The position numbers and the translations under genes were made by a program. From Tubiluchus corallicola (lineage: Eukaryota; Animalia; Priapulida), in contig JAQGDQ010000077.1 in assembly GCA_030141605.1 (NCBI GenBank), positions 62,001 through 126,000 of the forward strand: 64,000 nucleotides of DNA, read 5' to 3'. Shown here in pieces: positions 13,255 through 24,323 of the stretch (its first letter is position 1; every line of letters begins with the position of its first letter). The notes beneath the pieces were generated by a model that did no database searches, was not told the DNA's origin, and worked only from the letters and a program-made list of their open reading frames with translations.

Positions 13255-13985
13255 TTAAAGGAAAGTACAAGTCACTTTGTGTGTTGAATTTATTTTACTG
13301 ATCCCTTAAACTGTTTGTGGTGTGCTAAAGGAAAGAACAAGTCACTTAGTATTTTCGGTTTATTTTACTGTTATCACTCAAACTGTTTGTGGTGTGCTAA
13401 AGGAAAGAACAAGTCACTTAGTATTTTCGGTTTATTTTACTGTTATCACTCAAACTGTTTGTGGTGTGCTAAAAGAAAGAACAAGTCACTTAGTATTTTC
13501 GGTTTATTTTACTGTTATCACTCAAACTGTTTGTGGTGTGCTAAAAGAAAGAACAAGTCACTTAGTATTTTCGGTTTATTTTACTGTTATCACTCAAACT
13601 GTTTGTGGTGTGCTAAAGGAAAGAACAAGTCGCTTAGTATTTTGGGTTTATTTTACTATTACCGCATAAACTTCGAAAGATATAACAGAAAAACTTGCGC
13701 AAAACCATCTACAAAGCATAAATGTAAAATCTACTACCTCTGAGTAGAAATTTTCAGAAGCGGTGGTTGCTGCGATTTGCCCGACAATTATGACGTAACC
13801 GGACGACTTCGTGGCTTTCCGTAAGCGCATCGTGGCTTTCCGTAAGCGCATCGTGGCTTTCCGTAAGCTCGCGTTGCCTAAACTAATTCAAATTTCTGCA
13901 GCTTTCCTAATATTCGTGCAGAAATATAAAAAAAATTGGCCGTCTGTTTTTTTTTGTTAGAGTTTTAATACTTTTGATGGAAAAT
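13255..13985. mobile_element. Kolobok-like element K2, copy 2 (about 6 x 72-bp terminal units, 21-bp x3 internal repeat; truncated)
   Basis: TTAA|AGGAAAGTACAAGTCAC start; same 72-bp unit and body as 3571-5911. Confidence 0.7.
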
Positions 13986-14261
13986 GAAACATGCATCGTT
14001 GAGTGAGAAACAGGTTCAGCGTTGTTCAAACGAAACGTCGTTAAACTGGGAGTCGTTTAATAGCTTAAATATTAAACGGAAGTGGTGCTGACAAGCCACT
14101 GGCGTAGCAGTGTTTTTCTGCTGGATTTTACTGCTACATACGTACCGTGTTCACGCTAAGATAAGCATAGCGCTGTAAACTCTTCACCTAATGACGTGGA
14201 ACTAATTTTATTCCTGCAGATATCCCATATTGGAAAATAAAAGAGCCATTTGCGTTCACTC

Positions 14262-14413
14262 GGAAGTGGTGCTGTCAAGCCACTGGCGTAGCAGTGTCTA
14301 GTTTTTTGCTGGATTACTGCTGCGTTTACCTGTCTGAAGGCAGTTTTTTTATTTTAGAATTCTGCCTGCCCAATGTCTACAATAGACGTGATAGGTGTAT
14401 GATGATGATTACA

Positions 14414-14490
<77 letters not shown>
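14262..14490 (+). mobile_element. Retroposon (SINE/LINE) 3' end with (ATG)n tail
   Basis: ggaagtggtgctgtcaagccactggcgtagcagtgt...gaattctgcc...(gat)n; inverted copy with (cat)n at 19275-19430; partial direct copy at 14078-14125. Confidence 0.65.
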
Positions 14491-14491
<1 letters not shown>

Positions 14492-14612
14492 AAATGTTAA
14501 AATTATGCACAGATATTTGTATTTCGTTTGTAGAATTTCTGTAAACTTCAGTTTTGAGGTTTAAGGTTTGCATGGCTTCGCTAGACGCCTTTTGGCTGAT
14601 TATTTTCTTCAG

Positions 14613-14843
14613 GAAGAGACGTCATCCGAACAGATTTCTCTGGTCACCCCTCCCACGTCGCCTCCGGTCAAGTCGGAATCGCCGCCCAGCGTGGAGGTCG
14701 TGCGCGACGTGAAGAAGCCGTCCATGAGACAGAAGACGACGGAGAAGCACCCGAAGCGTCGCGTCAGCTTTGACCCGCTGGCTTTGCTACTCGACGCCTC
14801 GTTAGAGGGAGAGCTGGAGCTCGTGATGAAGACGGCTAAAGAG
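14613..14843 (+). CDS. ASPP: ASPP exon E (PP1-binding RVxF motif, start of ankyrin region)
   Basis: cttcag|GAA...GAG|gttagt; RRVSFDPLALLLDASLEGELELV. Confidence 0.95.
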
Positions 14844-14998
14844 GTTAGTGGCCGATGCAGCTTGCCCTATCATTACATTTTCATCATCATCAATTTTTTT
14901 CAGTAATTTTTGGCTTTTTTCTCCTCTTCTACTTGCATTACTTACTTACACTCTAATTTTACCTTCATGTCGTCTCTTTTCATTGCGCATCTCTTTTA

Positions 14999-15430
14999 TC
15001 CTTCCCCTAACCTCTAACAACTCACCTTGCATTGCAGCTGGGCTTTCCGTTCATCCTTCATTCATTAATTCGTTCGTTCGTTCACTCATTCTTTCATTCA
15101 TTTATTGATTCAGTCGCCGTCCATTCATCCTTCATTCATTAATTCATTCATTCACTCATTCATTCATTCATTCATTCACTCATTCATTCATTCATTCATT
15201 CATTCGTTCACTCATTCATTCATTCATTTATTGATACAGTTATCCTTCATTCATTCATTCATTCGTTCACTCATTCTTTCATTCATTTATTGATTCAGAC
15301 GCCGTCCATTCATCCATTCATTCATTCGTTCGTTCATTCGTTTGTCCGTTCATTCGTTCATTCATTCATACATACATTCATCCTTCCCCTAACCTCAAGC
15401 AACTCACCTTGCATTGCAGCTGGGCTTTCC
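14999..15430. repeat. Degenerate (TCAT)n microsatellite bracketed by a 50-bp direct repeat
   Basis: atccttcccctaacctc..caactcaccttgcattgcagctgggctttcc at both ends. Confidence 0.85.
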
Positions 15431-16458
15431 AAGTTCCAGCTTTTAGCTCAGCTGCAAGCAGTTACATCATTTGTTCACTAATTGACTGCTCACTTGAAAA
15501 GTAATTTTGTTTTCAGTTTGTGTTATTGTATGTACAATGAGGTACAGCCTCGGGTATAAGATACTCGCTTATAAGGGACCACCAACACCCGTCTCGATTT
15601 TTCGTAACGTTTTTCCTTATAAAAATCTTTGTATAAGGGACTTTCGGTTATAAGGGACGATATCTTCAGGTCCCACGTAATAGAAACCCGGGTAAATTAC
15701 CTCGCATATAAGGGTCCCTATGATTTTTGCAAAATTGTTCGATTTTTAATCTCAATTTTTTGCAAACTCGGCCTTCAAACAGCTCGGTTTCCGTACATCT
15801 CACATCACAAGGAGCTTCCTACATACTGTTTGCACTGAATGTGTAGCAATAATCCATAAAAATATGTGTAAAAGTACAGAAAAGTACAGGTCTATATACA
15901 CACTCGATCTGACTCAACATGCCGATACTAATTTAATACAGTAGGCGCCGTATATTAGACTCAGTAATGTAGAATCGCCTAATTGTCTCAAAAACGTCTA
16001 GTAGGAGCCGCTCCTGACGTACAAGCTACACACTTGTCGTTACGTGCTGCTTGGTTGCACTGAAGTAATGATGTAAACAAAGTGACAGCGGTCAGTTCGC
16101 GAAACAATGCACTTTGTCCGTAATATGCGGGACTTTATAACCGTCGAGATTTCTATCTGTACGAGCGAGGTTCGACAAACCGAGAAACGAGCGTATTTCT
16201 GTTTGCATTTATTTATGCTTATTAAGAAATGTGTATTCTATGCCTATAAAACATTTTAATGCATGTTTAATTACACTTTAGTAACAGTCGGGTCTCACTA
16301 GAGGGGCTTTCACACTAGGTCAGTCTGTCTGTTAATTTAGTCACTCTTTTCATTTTAGGTTCTGCAAATTCACAGTTTTGTTCTAGTAATTTGATTTTGG
16401 CACTGATAACAGAACGTGGACACTGGTCGCCACTAGTAACAGCTTCTTCTCGTTACAG

Positions 16459-16592
16459 GTACCGAATCCCAGCGCCTCTAACGACGAGGGCATCACTGCC
16501 CTGCACAACGCGATATGCGCGGGCCACTACGACATAGTCAAGTTTCTAGTTGAATTCGGTTGCGACGTGAACGCAGCAGACAGCGACGGCTG
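16459..16592 (+). CDS. ASPP: ASPP exon F (ankyrin repeats); absent from ORF track
   Basis: ttacag|GTA...TG|gtaagt, phase 0-2; [42 protein letters not shown]. Confidence 0.95.
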
Positions 16593-17065
16593 GTAAGTAG
16601 CTGAACATGTCTAATGGCATAATCAAAGTTAAGCATCGCCAAGGCTGATCAGTAAATGAATGGGGAACAACTTCATTTAATACTCTTTCTAGGCCATTTC
16701 GTTCTGTTGCAGAGGAATGCAGCAGACAGCGATGTTTGATAAGTAGTTGCACATGTTTGCTATCAATCCTTAATAGCATAACCGAAGTTAAGCATTGCCA
16801 AGGCTCGTCAGTAAATGGATGGAGATTAATAAGTCCTTTTTAGTCCATTTCATCCACCATGTTGAATTCTTCCTTATTATGGGAAGGTATCCGAGTGTGG
16901 CTTCTGCCAGTTCAGTGTTTCGTCTTAGAGGATTGGTGGTGCTAGGTTCAGGTCTTGCCACAGCCTTCAAGGCTAAGTAGACTTTGCTTTTGAGCATTGA
17001 GTGCTAGATTCCAGCTTGTAGAGTGACAAACTAGGTTTAAATACCTACCTGTAGACGGTAATTAT

Positions 17066-17398
17066 TAGGGTGAGCATTTGTCACTAGAAAACGAATTCCG
17101 AATCAAATCTAATTTGAGATATTTGAACTCGAATTAAACTAAGTTTTAGCACTTTCCAATCCGAATTAAATTCGAATTCAATTTTAAGGATTTTCGAATA
17201 AATTTTCGACTCACTAATAAAGCCAAGATCTTTCATATTGCTTGATTTTGTTCTGCAGTAAAAACGCTATTAATTTGCTTAAGAAATCACAGCTGAACTG
17301 TATTAATTGCATGTTTCTAATGTTTTAATAATAAAGAATGTATGTAGTTAAAGTGCTGAATTACTCGAATCTATAATTTTAGATTCGAATCGAATTTT
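17066..17398. mobile_element. hAT-like MITE (394-767 family), truncated copy
   Basis: tagggtgagcattt start; shared aagtgctgaatta.tcgaatctata.ttt block. Confidence 0.7.
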
Positions 17399-17430
17399 TT
17401 TACTTTCGATCCTAAACCAAAGTTATAGTA

Positions 17431-17884
17431 CAGTAGTACCTCTGTTTTCGACCATAATTCTTTCCTAAAAAGTGTTTGAAGACCGAGAACCGAATCATTT
17501 ATTCCCATGAGAAATAATGTAAAAGCAAATAATCCGTTCTCAAGCACCAAATGAACTGTAAAGTATTACTAAAACGAAATATGATAATGCAAAAATGTTT
17601 ATTCAAACAGTAGATATGATATAATTGATAAGAAAAACATAACAGAATTCCTTAGAAAGAAAAACATAATTGTTCCTGCATGAAAAAGCGGAGAAAAATA
17701 ATTGTTGTTAGACGATTCAAATCTTGTGCGTGACTACTCTCGGGTGTGGTCGGTTGCGCTGGGCTCGGCTCGGCTCGCCGCTCATATGTTCATCACGTGT
17801 TTGGCGGTTGGTCGAGAGCAGAGACTATTTCAGCTCGAATTTTCTGGTCGAAAACCGATTTGTACGAGTACGGAGGTACGACTG
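17431..17884. mobile_element. pogo/Tigger-like MITE
   Basis: ta|CAGTAGTACCTC ... GAGGTACGACTG inverted termini. Confidence 0.6.
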
Positions 17885-17886
17885 CA

Positions 17887-18800
17887 GTAGTATTTTTATT
17901 GTCATTACGACCAACAACATTGCATGTACATTTACAACAACAAGTAACGTGCAATATTACAAACGATACAAATATTAGTTAACAAATTTTGCTAAAGTAT
18001 AGCAGAAGATAAACAGCAATGACAGTAATTTTTTTAACGTAATAACATCTAAAAAGGTATTAATAGTCAGATAACAATTTAGTGATAAATTTTTAGCTAA
18101 GTTAACTGTCGTTTACATAAATAAATTAAGAATATCGCCTAAAAATTTTCCGCAGGTTAAAGGGTTGGTATTACGAAAGTCCAGAGCATTACTTAAATTT
18201 AGATTGTATTTTTCTCTCTTTGCTTTTGTTAGTTCACAAACAGTAACGACGTGCTCTTCATCTTGCACTGCGTTAGTGCAGGGGCACAGCCTTAGGTCGT
18301 GTGGGACAGGGGTCCATGCCAACGTCCTGCGTTACTGCAGGGATACAGCCTTAGGTCGTGTGGGACAGGGGGTCCATGCCATTGCCCTGTGTTACTGCAG
18401 GGACACCACCTTAGGTCGTGTGGGACGGAGGGTCCAATGCCAATGTCCTGTGTTACTGCAGGGACACAGTCTTAGGTCGTGTGGGACAGGGGGTCCAATG
18501 CCAATGTCCTGTGTTACTGCAGGGACACAGTCTTAGGTCGTGTGGGACAGGGGGTCCAATGCCAACGTCCTGCGTTACTGCAGGGACACAGCCTTAGGTC
18601 GTGTGGGATAGAGGGTCCAATGCCAATGTCCTGTGTTACTGCAGGGACACAGTCTTAGGTCGTGTGGGACAGGGGGTCCATGCCAACGTCCTGCTTTACT
18701 GCAGGGACACAGCCTTAGGTCGTGTGGGAAAGGGGTCCAATGCCAACGTCCTGCTTTACTGCAGGGACACAGCCTTAGGTCCTGTGGGAAAGGAGGTCCA
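17887..18800 (-). mobile_element. 5'-truncated LINE 3' end; its 5' edge is amplified into a 60-62-bp tandem array (18270-18800, about 9 units)
   Basis: Minus strand GRWH..P..LRLCPC...VQDEEHVVTVCELTKAKREKY resembles the C-terminal Cys/His motif of LINE ORF2; followed by an AATAAA tail near 17895. Confidence 0.7.
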
Positions 18801-18950
18801 TACCGAAACTTTAGATGTTCATAGTACGGCATCCGTAAGAAATTATATCTTTTAAAACGTGCCAGTTGAAACTGATGATTCCCTTGAGTTTGTTAATTAA
18901 CTAATTAATTAATTAAATTAATTACATATTAAAGTCTTACGCTTTGGCAG

Positions 18951-19117
18951 GACTCCGCTTCATTGCGCCGCATCCTGCAATAATCTGCCGATGGTGAAGT
19001 TCTTGGTCGTCCACGGAGCGTGCGTGTTCGCCACCACGTACAGCGATCACGAGACCGCTGCCGAAAAATGCGAGGAGGACGAGGAGGGCTTCGCCGGCTG
19101 CTCCGAGTACCTGTACG
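18951..19117 (+). CDS. ASPP: ASPP exon G (ankyrin repeats)
   Basis: tggcag|G...G|gtaagt, phase 2-1; [42 protein letters not shown]. Confidence 0.95.
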
Positions 19118-19274
19118 GTAAGTTTGCTTCGAAGCCAGTTTATTTGGTGAAGCAGTATCTAGTTAGAAAAAATATAAAAGCTGTATGTCACTATACGGAA
19201 TTTGCCTACCTGTTATACATTCTACAGTAAATGATATGTTACCTTTTTTGGACATATTGCAAAAAATCGCACTA

Positions 19275-19430
19275 TCATCATCATCGTCGTCGTCATGATA
19301 TACCCGTTAGATCTATCGTAGAAATTGGGCCGGCAGAATTCTAAAAGGAAGAAATCCGCCCTCAAACACGGCAGCAATCCAGCGAAAGACTAGACACTGC
19401 TATGTCAGTGGCTTGTCAGCACCACTTCCC
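19275..19430 (-). mobile_element. Inverted copy of the 14262-14490 retroposon end
   Basis: (cat)n...ggcagaattctaaaa...gacactgctatgtcagtggcttgtcagcaccacttcc. Confidence 0.65.
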
Positions 19431-20147
19431 ACAAATTTCACTACATTCTCTATTCGTATTCTTGCAAGATGAGAAACCTTTTTGCCTTACTGGTTTGTTC
19501 GGTGATTAGACCGGCTCTGTGGCATGATTTTTAAGCGTTACCTATAATGATATACGAAGTCTACAGGCTTTCTTAGACACATTCGTTTACTCATAATGAA
19601 AAATGCCATCTGGTTTTAAAACAAGATTGTAAGGACAGCATATGTTGTCTGATTGCTTTTGAGTGTAAATATGTTGCATTACATCATACGCTATAAATAG
19701 TTTGAAGGAATAAAATATACTTTCGCTTTTGAAATGAGGTGTAGCAATAATCGTAAAATGTAGTTTGATGAGCTCTCATCATTGTTGCGGCTGCTTCTCT
19801 GACTACCTTTCTGTTTTTATGGGTGAAACATTTTTAACCTTGAATGATTTTTTTGTGTGCAGTTAGATTTTTGGAATGAATGAAAAACCACAATCCCAAA
19901 CGGCTTGTGACTGCCTCGGCTCGGTACTCGTTTGCACGGAATAATTCGCCGTACCGATTCTGGCTGTTTACGCAGTAGAGGCAGATTGTATGTACATCCG
20001 AATGTGGCTAAGACCACTTTGCTGTTCAGTGGTCATTTTACAGGGATACCTTTGACAATCAGCCAGATTTTGACGCCGCTTTCCAATACTGGCTTTCCGT
20101 TTGCACTGGGCCGATATGTAAGATGTTCTATTATTTTTATTGCGCAG

Positions 20148-20347
20148 GCATTCAAGAGAAGTTGGGAGTGATGAATAACGGCGCCATCTATGCAGTATTT
20201 GATTACAAGTCCAGCGAATCGGACGAATTGTCGTTTAAGGACGGCGACATGATGTTTGTGCTGCGTAAGGGAGATGAGACGGAGAGTGAATGGTGGTGGG
20301 CGAGGCACAAAGATAGGGAAGGTTACATACCGAGAAACTTACTTGGG
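20148..20347 (+). CDS. ASPP: ASPP exon H (SH3 domain)
   Basis: gcgcag|GC...GGG|gtatgt, phase 1-0; [19 protein letters not shown]...DELSFKDGD...[20 protein letters not shown]. Confidence 0.95.
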
Positions 20348-20477
20348 GTATGTCTGTAGAAATCTTACTGTACTAGTTAATACTTGTCTGTTTGCTTGCC
20401 TGTGTGTCCGCATAATTGTTTGTGTGCCTGCGTGTCCTCACAATGAAGGATACATACCGAGAAACTGACTTGGGGTG

Positions 20478-20776
20478 TATCTAAAATATATTTTAATGTA
20501 ATTACTTATAATATAAAAAAGTTACTAATTTACTTTATTTTTACTTGAAAGAAATATCTAAAATATATTTCAATCTAATCACTTTTAATATAAAAAGTTA
20601 CTAATTTATTTTATTTTTACTTGAAAGAAATATCTAAAATATGTTTTAGCGTAATCATTTTTAATATAAAAAAAGTTATTAATTTACTTTATTTTTATTT
20701 GAAAGAAATATCTAAAGTATATTTTAATGTAATCACTTGTAATATAAAAAAGTTACTAATTTGCTCCATTTTTACT
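20478..20776. repeat. AT-rich tandem array, about 77-bp unit x4, in the last ASPP intron
   Basis: tatctaaaatat...aatataaaaaagttactaattt...tgaaagaaa at about 20478, 20555, 20631, 20709. Confidence 0.88.
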
Positions 20777-20816
20777 GTAAAAATTCATAATTTGCTTTAA
20801 TTTTTTCTCATTTCAG

Positions 20817-20843
20817 TTATATCCAAGAGTGAAGCCATCCTAG
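20817..20843 (+). CDS. ASPP: ASPP last coding exon
   Basis: tttcag|TTA TAT CCA AGA GTG AAG CCA TCC TAG = LYPRVKPS*, resembling the ASPP C-terminal LYPRIKP motif. Confidence 0.92.
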   Translation, partial: LYPRVKPS

Positions 20844-21222
20844 GTGTCAGAAATCTGCCTTCATGCTGCTTCTTCTTGCTGGCCACTTAATAATTAAACT
20901 TCTAGTAATAGTTTCAGGCTTATTTGATATACATTCTGCCTGCCATCTGTTGGAAGCTTTTACAAGTAAAATTTTTGCACACTTGTGTTATTGTATGAAT
21001 CGTTTATGTGGAGCTGCAGCTCTGCAGTTGTTTAGACTGCTAAGATATTTTTAAAATTTTTTAATACAGTATAATACAGATCTAAATAAGTTTAAATGTT
21101 AGATAGGCTATTGAACATTGTTTGTTTTGATATAATTGGTTTTAGCTCTGCTTGAGCACTTGTATCATGGACAGTGTAGTTCCGTTTTCTCATAGTTTAA
21201 TTATCTAGACATTTTAATATTA

Positions 21223-21616
21223 CAGTGTTCCCTCGCTACTTCGCGGTTCGTTTATCGCAGTGTTTTCGCTACTTCGCGGGTTTTTGTGCTGCTTTGTCTA
21301 AAGTGCTTTTGCACATACGCAGTACGTGTTGTACAGTAATGTATAGATTTGATGAATTTTGCATAAAAATCACGAAGTGTATAAAAATATATTAAAAACA
21401 TTAATTCAAACATTAAAAGAAGATTATAAGTCATAAAAAATTACCATTTACTGTAAATAGTGTATTTATTCGGCGGATGAATACACGCCAAAAACGAAAT
21501 GTAGTACTTGCGCCCGCTTAAGATGCTCCGCAAAGTATAGCGTCCCTACTTAGCGGAAATTCTCTTATCACGGGTGGGCCCGGAACGGAACACCCGCAAT
21601 AAGTGAGGGAACATTG
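21223..21616. mobile_element. pogo/Tigger-like MITE
   Basis: TA|CAGTGTTCCCTC ... GAGGGAACATTG|TA. Confidence 0.75.
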
Positions 21617-21999
21617 TAATTATTATTATGGCTGCTTTATTTTATTCAATTTAAATTTTACATCGATGTTACGTTTAGTTAAAAAAGCTTTTGATAAGTC
21701 CACGGATTTTAATTGACGTGTTATAGCGGCTTGTTTTTGCTCAGGTCTTGACTATCATGCTTTGTTTGACTTGACCAGTGGACTTTTGATCTGCTTCTGG
21801 ATTTGCCGAGTCTTTGCAAAAGACGGTGGATGTGAAGCTGTCGAATTTTTGTTTATGCTAGATGGCGTTTTCTCCCGAGCTTTGCACTTTTTACTGAGCG
21901 TCATTTAGTATCGTAGCTTTACCAATCTGAAGCTTTGATTTGTATCGAGCGGCGCAGAAAAAATTTACCGAAGTCTAGTCCGTAATAATATTAGAAGTA

Positions 22000-22353
22000 C
22001 CGTATTTATTCGAGTATAACGCGCACATCTAATTTTCGATTGAAAATCGATATAAAATTTTGTTTCGCTTTTTCTCGGCTCAGACCAAACATTGTAAGTT
22101 GAACAACTCCAGTCTCTAACATTCGTCTCTGGTACAGTGAATTCTCGGCTAGCTGCTTGATTTCAGTGGGCCAGGCACCGTCTAGACAAACCGTCTAGAT
22201 GTTGCACTGTCTGACAAAGTCTGCTGATGACCCAAATATTATTGATTATTTCCTTAGCTATGCCTCACCCCAGCCCTCGTGTATAATGCGCACTCAAACT
22301 TTGAGTTCTTTTTTAGGTAGAAAACGTTGCGCGTTATACTCGAATAAATACGG
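22000..22353. mobile_element. Tc1/mariner-pogo-like MITE with perfect 26-bp TIRs
   Basis: TA|CCGTATTTATTCGAGTATAACGCGCA ... TGCGCGTTATACTCGAATAAATACGG|TA. Confidence 0.9.
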
Positions 22354-23076
22354 TAATTAATTAACCTACAATTTTGAAATTTCACGGCGTGATATTGCCG
22401 TACTTTAGCTTTTAGCTGCGAAAGTTACAGTTTCCAAGTTTTAGCAGTTTTTAAGTTACGGCCAGAAATGTTTTGCGTGTTAGAAACTGTCAGCTCTTGG
22501 AGGAAACATCTTTCTCTAGTTTGCGGTGAATATGTTGGCACATAGAGCACTTGTTGTGAAGTTCAACAATAGTTAATATTTTTAATAGTTAATATGGTTA
22601 ATACACTAAATTTTTTTTCCTGCATTTTCTTCTGTAACTTGTTGAACTAAAATTTTTGTATGTTTGCAAAAATGTAAGAAAATGAGCTAAAATTTTTATT
22701 GTTTTTGCACAAGCATATGTAACATTAAGTGCGGCAATTTTCAAGCGATTACATCATTTTCTTATAATATCGTGATCAAAACTTTGGCACGTTTATTTTG
22801 CGCCACCCGATATTCGCATTTAATGTTCCTCTCGTTTTTGCGTACATTTAAATTTGCATTTTTTGATTTTACTCCTTTTAGTAGTGACGTCACACATGCC
22901 CTCGGAGGAAACACAGGTGTTTTTGTAATTGCTAAGTTGTAAATTACTACCCACATGCATGTATCGCGAGTAATTCTAATCTTGAATGCAAATTGCGTGA
23001 CTAGATAATTCACTGTTTTCGTCAAAATTACTGCCACATTGACTAAGAATTCAAGGTTGGAAAGGGCATTTATTAC

Positions 23077-23424
23077 TAGGGTTGAGCATCGAATTCGATT
23101 CAAAACTAAAATTATAGATTCGCATAATTCAGCCGCATATGTTCCTTATCATTAAAATATTTGAACCATCGTGCAATTAGCAGTTTAGCAACGATTTCTG
23201 CGCATAATTTTTAAACAAATCAGTGGTTTTACTGCAGAGCAAAATTGAGCAATATGCATGATCTTTGCAAGATAACTTTTTACTGGTGGTTCTAAAACCT
23301 GTTGGATAATCTTTCAAACTCGATTCCGATTCGAAATGCTGAAATTCGGTTCGATTTAAAAGTCAGGAATTCACGAATTTGATTCAATTCGAATTCGCTT
23401 TGTGGTGGAGAATGCTCGCCGCTA
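23077..23424. mobile_element. hAT-like MITE (394-767 family), inverted copy
   Basis: tagggttgagcatcgaattcg ... gagaatgctcgccgcta. Confidence 0.75.
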
Positions 23425-23592
23425 CCAATTACTAATGATATTTTCTGATTAGGCACGTATCTTTACTAGATGTTCTCTCTGCGCAAAATGCTGTTTCTTC
23501 ATAACTAATGCTTACGAAATTTTCTATAGTTTGTTAGGGTAAATTTGTGTTAGGATTCTGAATGAATTTGAGGCAGGCAAAGTTAAGATTTT

Positions 23593-24323
23593 TTAACTCC
23601 TTCAGAACCATAAGCATTTGATGCATTTTGCATGGATTGAAGAAGAACTGCTCTCAGCAAGTAGCCACTACATTATATTTGATAAGTAAGTTTCTACTCC
23701 TCAAGCATTGGGCTTTCATGCAAAGTCACATATGAGACACTTCTGTTTACCTTGGACAAATTAAAATATCGATTATTGCCGAAAAAATTGAAAAAAGCTT
23801 TCAGTAACTGCATTGTTTGCACTGTAACAATGTACAGTAATGCTTGTGTGAAATCAGCTAATGCAGAAAATTTCAACTATGCAGACACAACACTCTGATA
23901 AACTTTGGTCTCGAGTCTACTTTGTTTTGAAAGAGAAATTCCTGTTAAAAGATTAAACGACCTTAATTTGACCTTGGCTGTTTGGTTGGTTTTTCCTGGA
24001 ATAGCAGCAGAACACTGCACAGCTTGGGCTGTAGTAAGCAGGTGATCTATAAATTAGTGTGTACGATCACGCAAGTGTACACCAGACTAATCTACTCAAA
24101 AGCCAAGTTGGAATGCCTGAAGAGGGCGTGTTTTTCTTAATTTTTTCAAATTAAATCACTTATAAATGTATAAACAAATGGCATGATTGGATGGCTGAGA
24201 TTCTCCTGAATAAAACAGTACCTAATTTGTAATCATTTAGTTATGTCTGTGCTCATACAGTAGCAGAAAAGACATGGGTCCTATAAGAGCTATTTTGGAT
24301 GGTGTGTTTCTTGAAGGAGTTAA
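23593..24323. mobile_element. piggyBac-like MITE P1, copy 2
   Basis: TTAA|CTCCTTCAGAA ... TTGAAGGAG|TTAA; homologous to 10625-11340. Confidence 0.8.

Noticed and set aside
14294-15481. Poly-Met and HSFI-repeat ORFs
   Set aside because: Translations of (ATG)n and (TCAT)n microsatellites.
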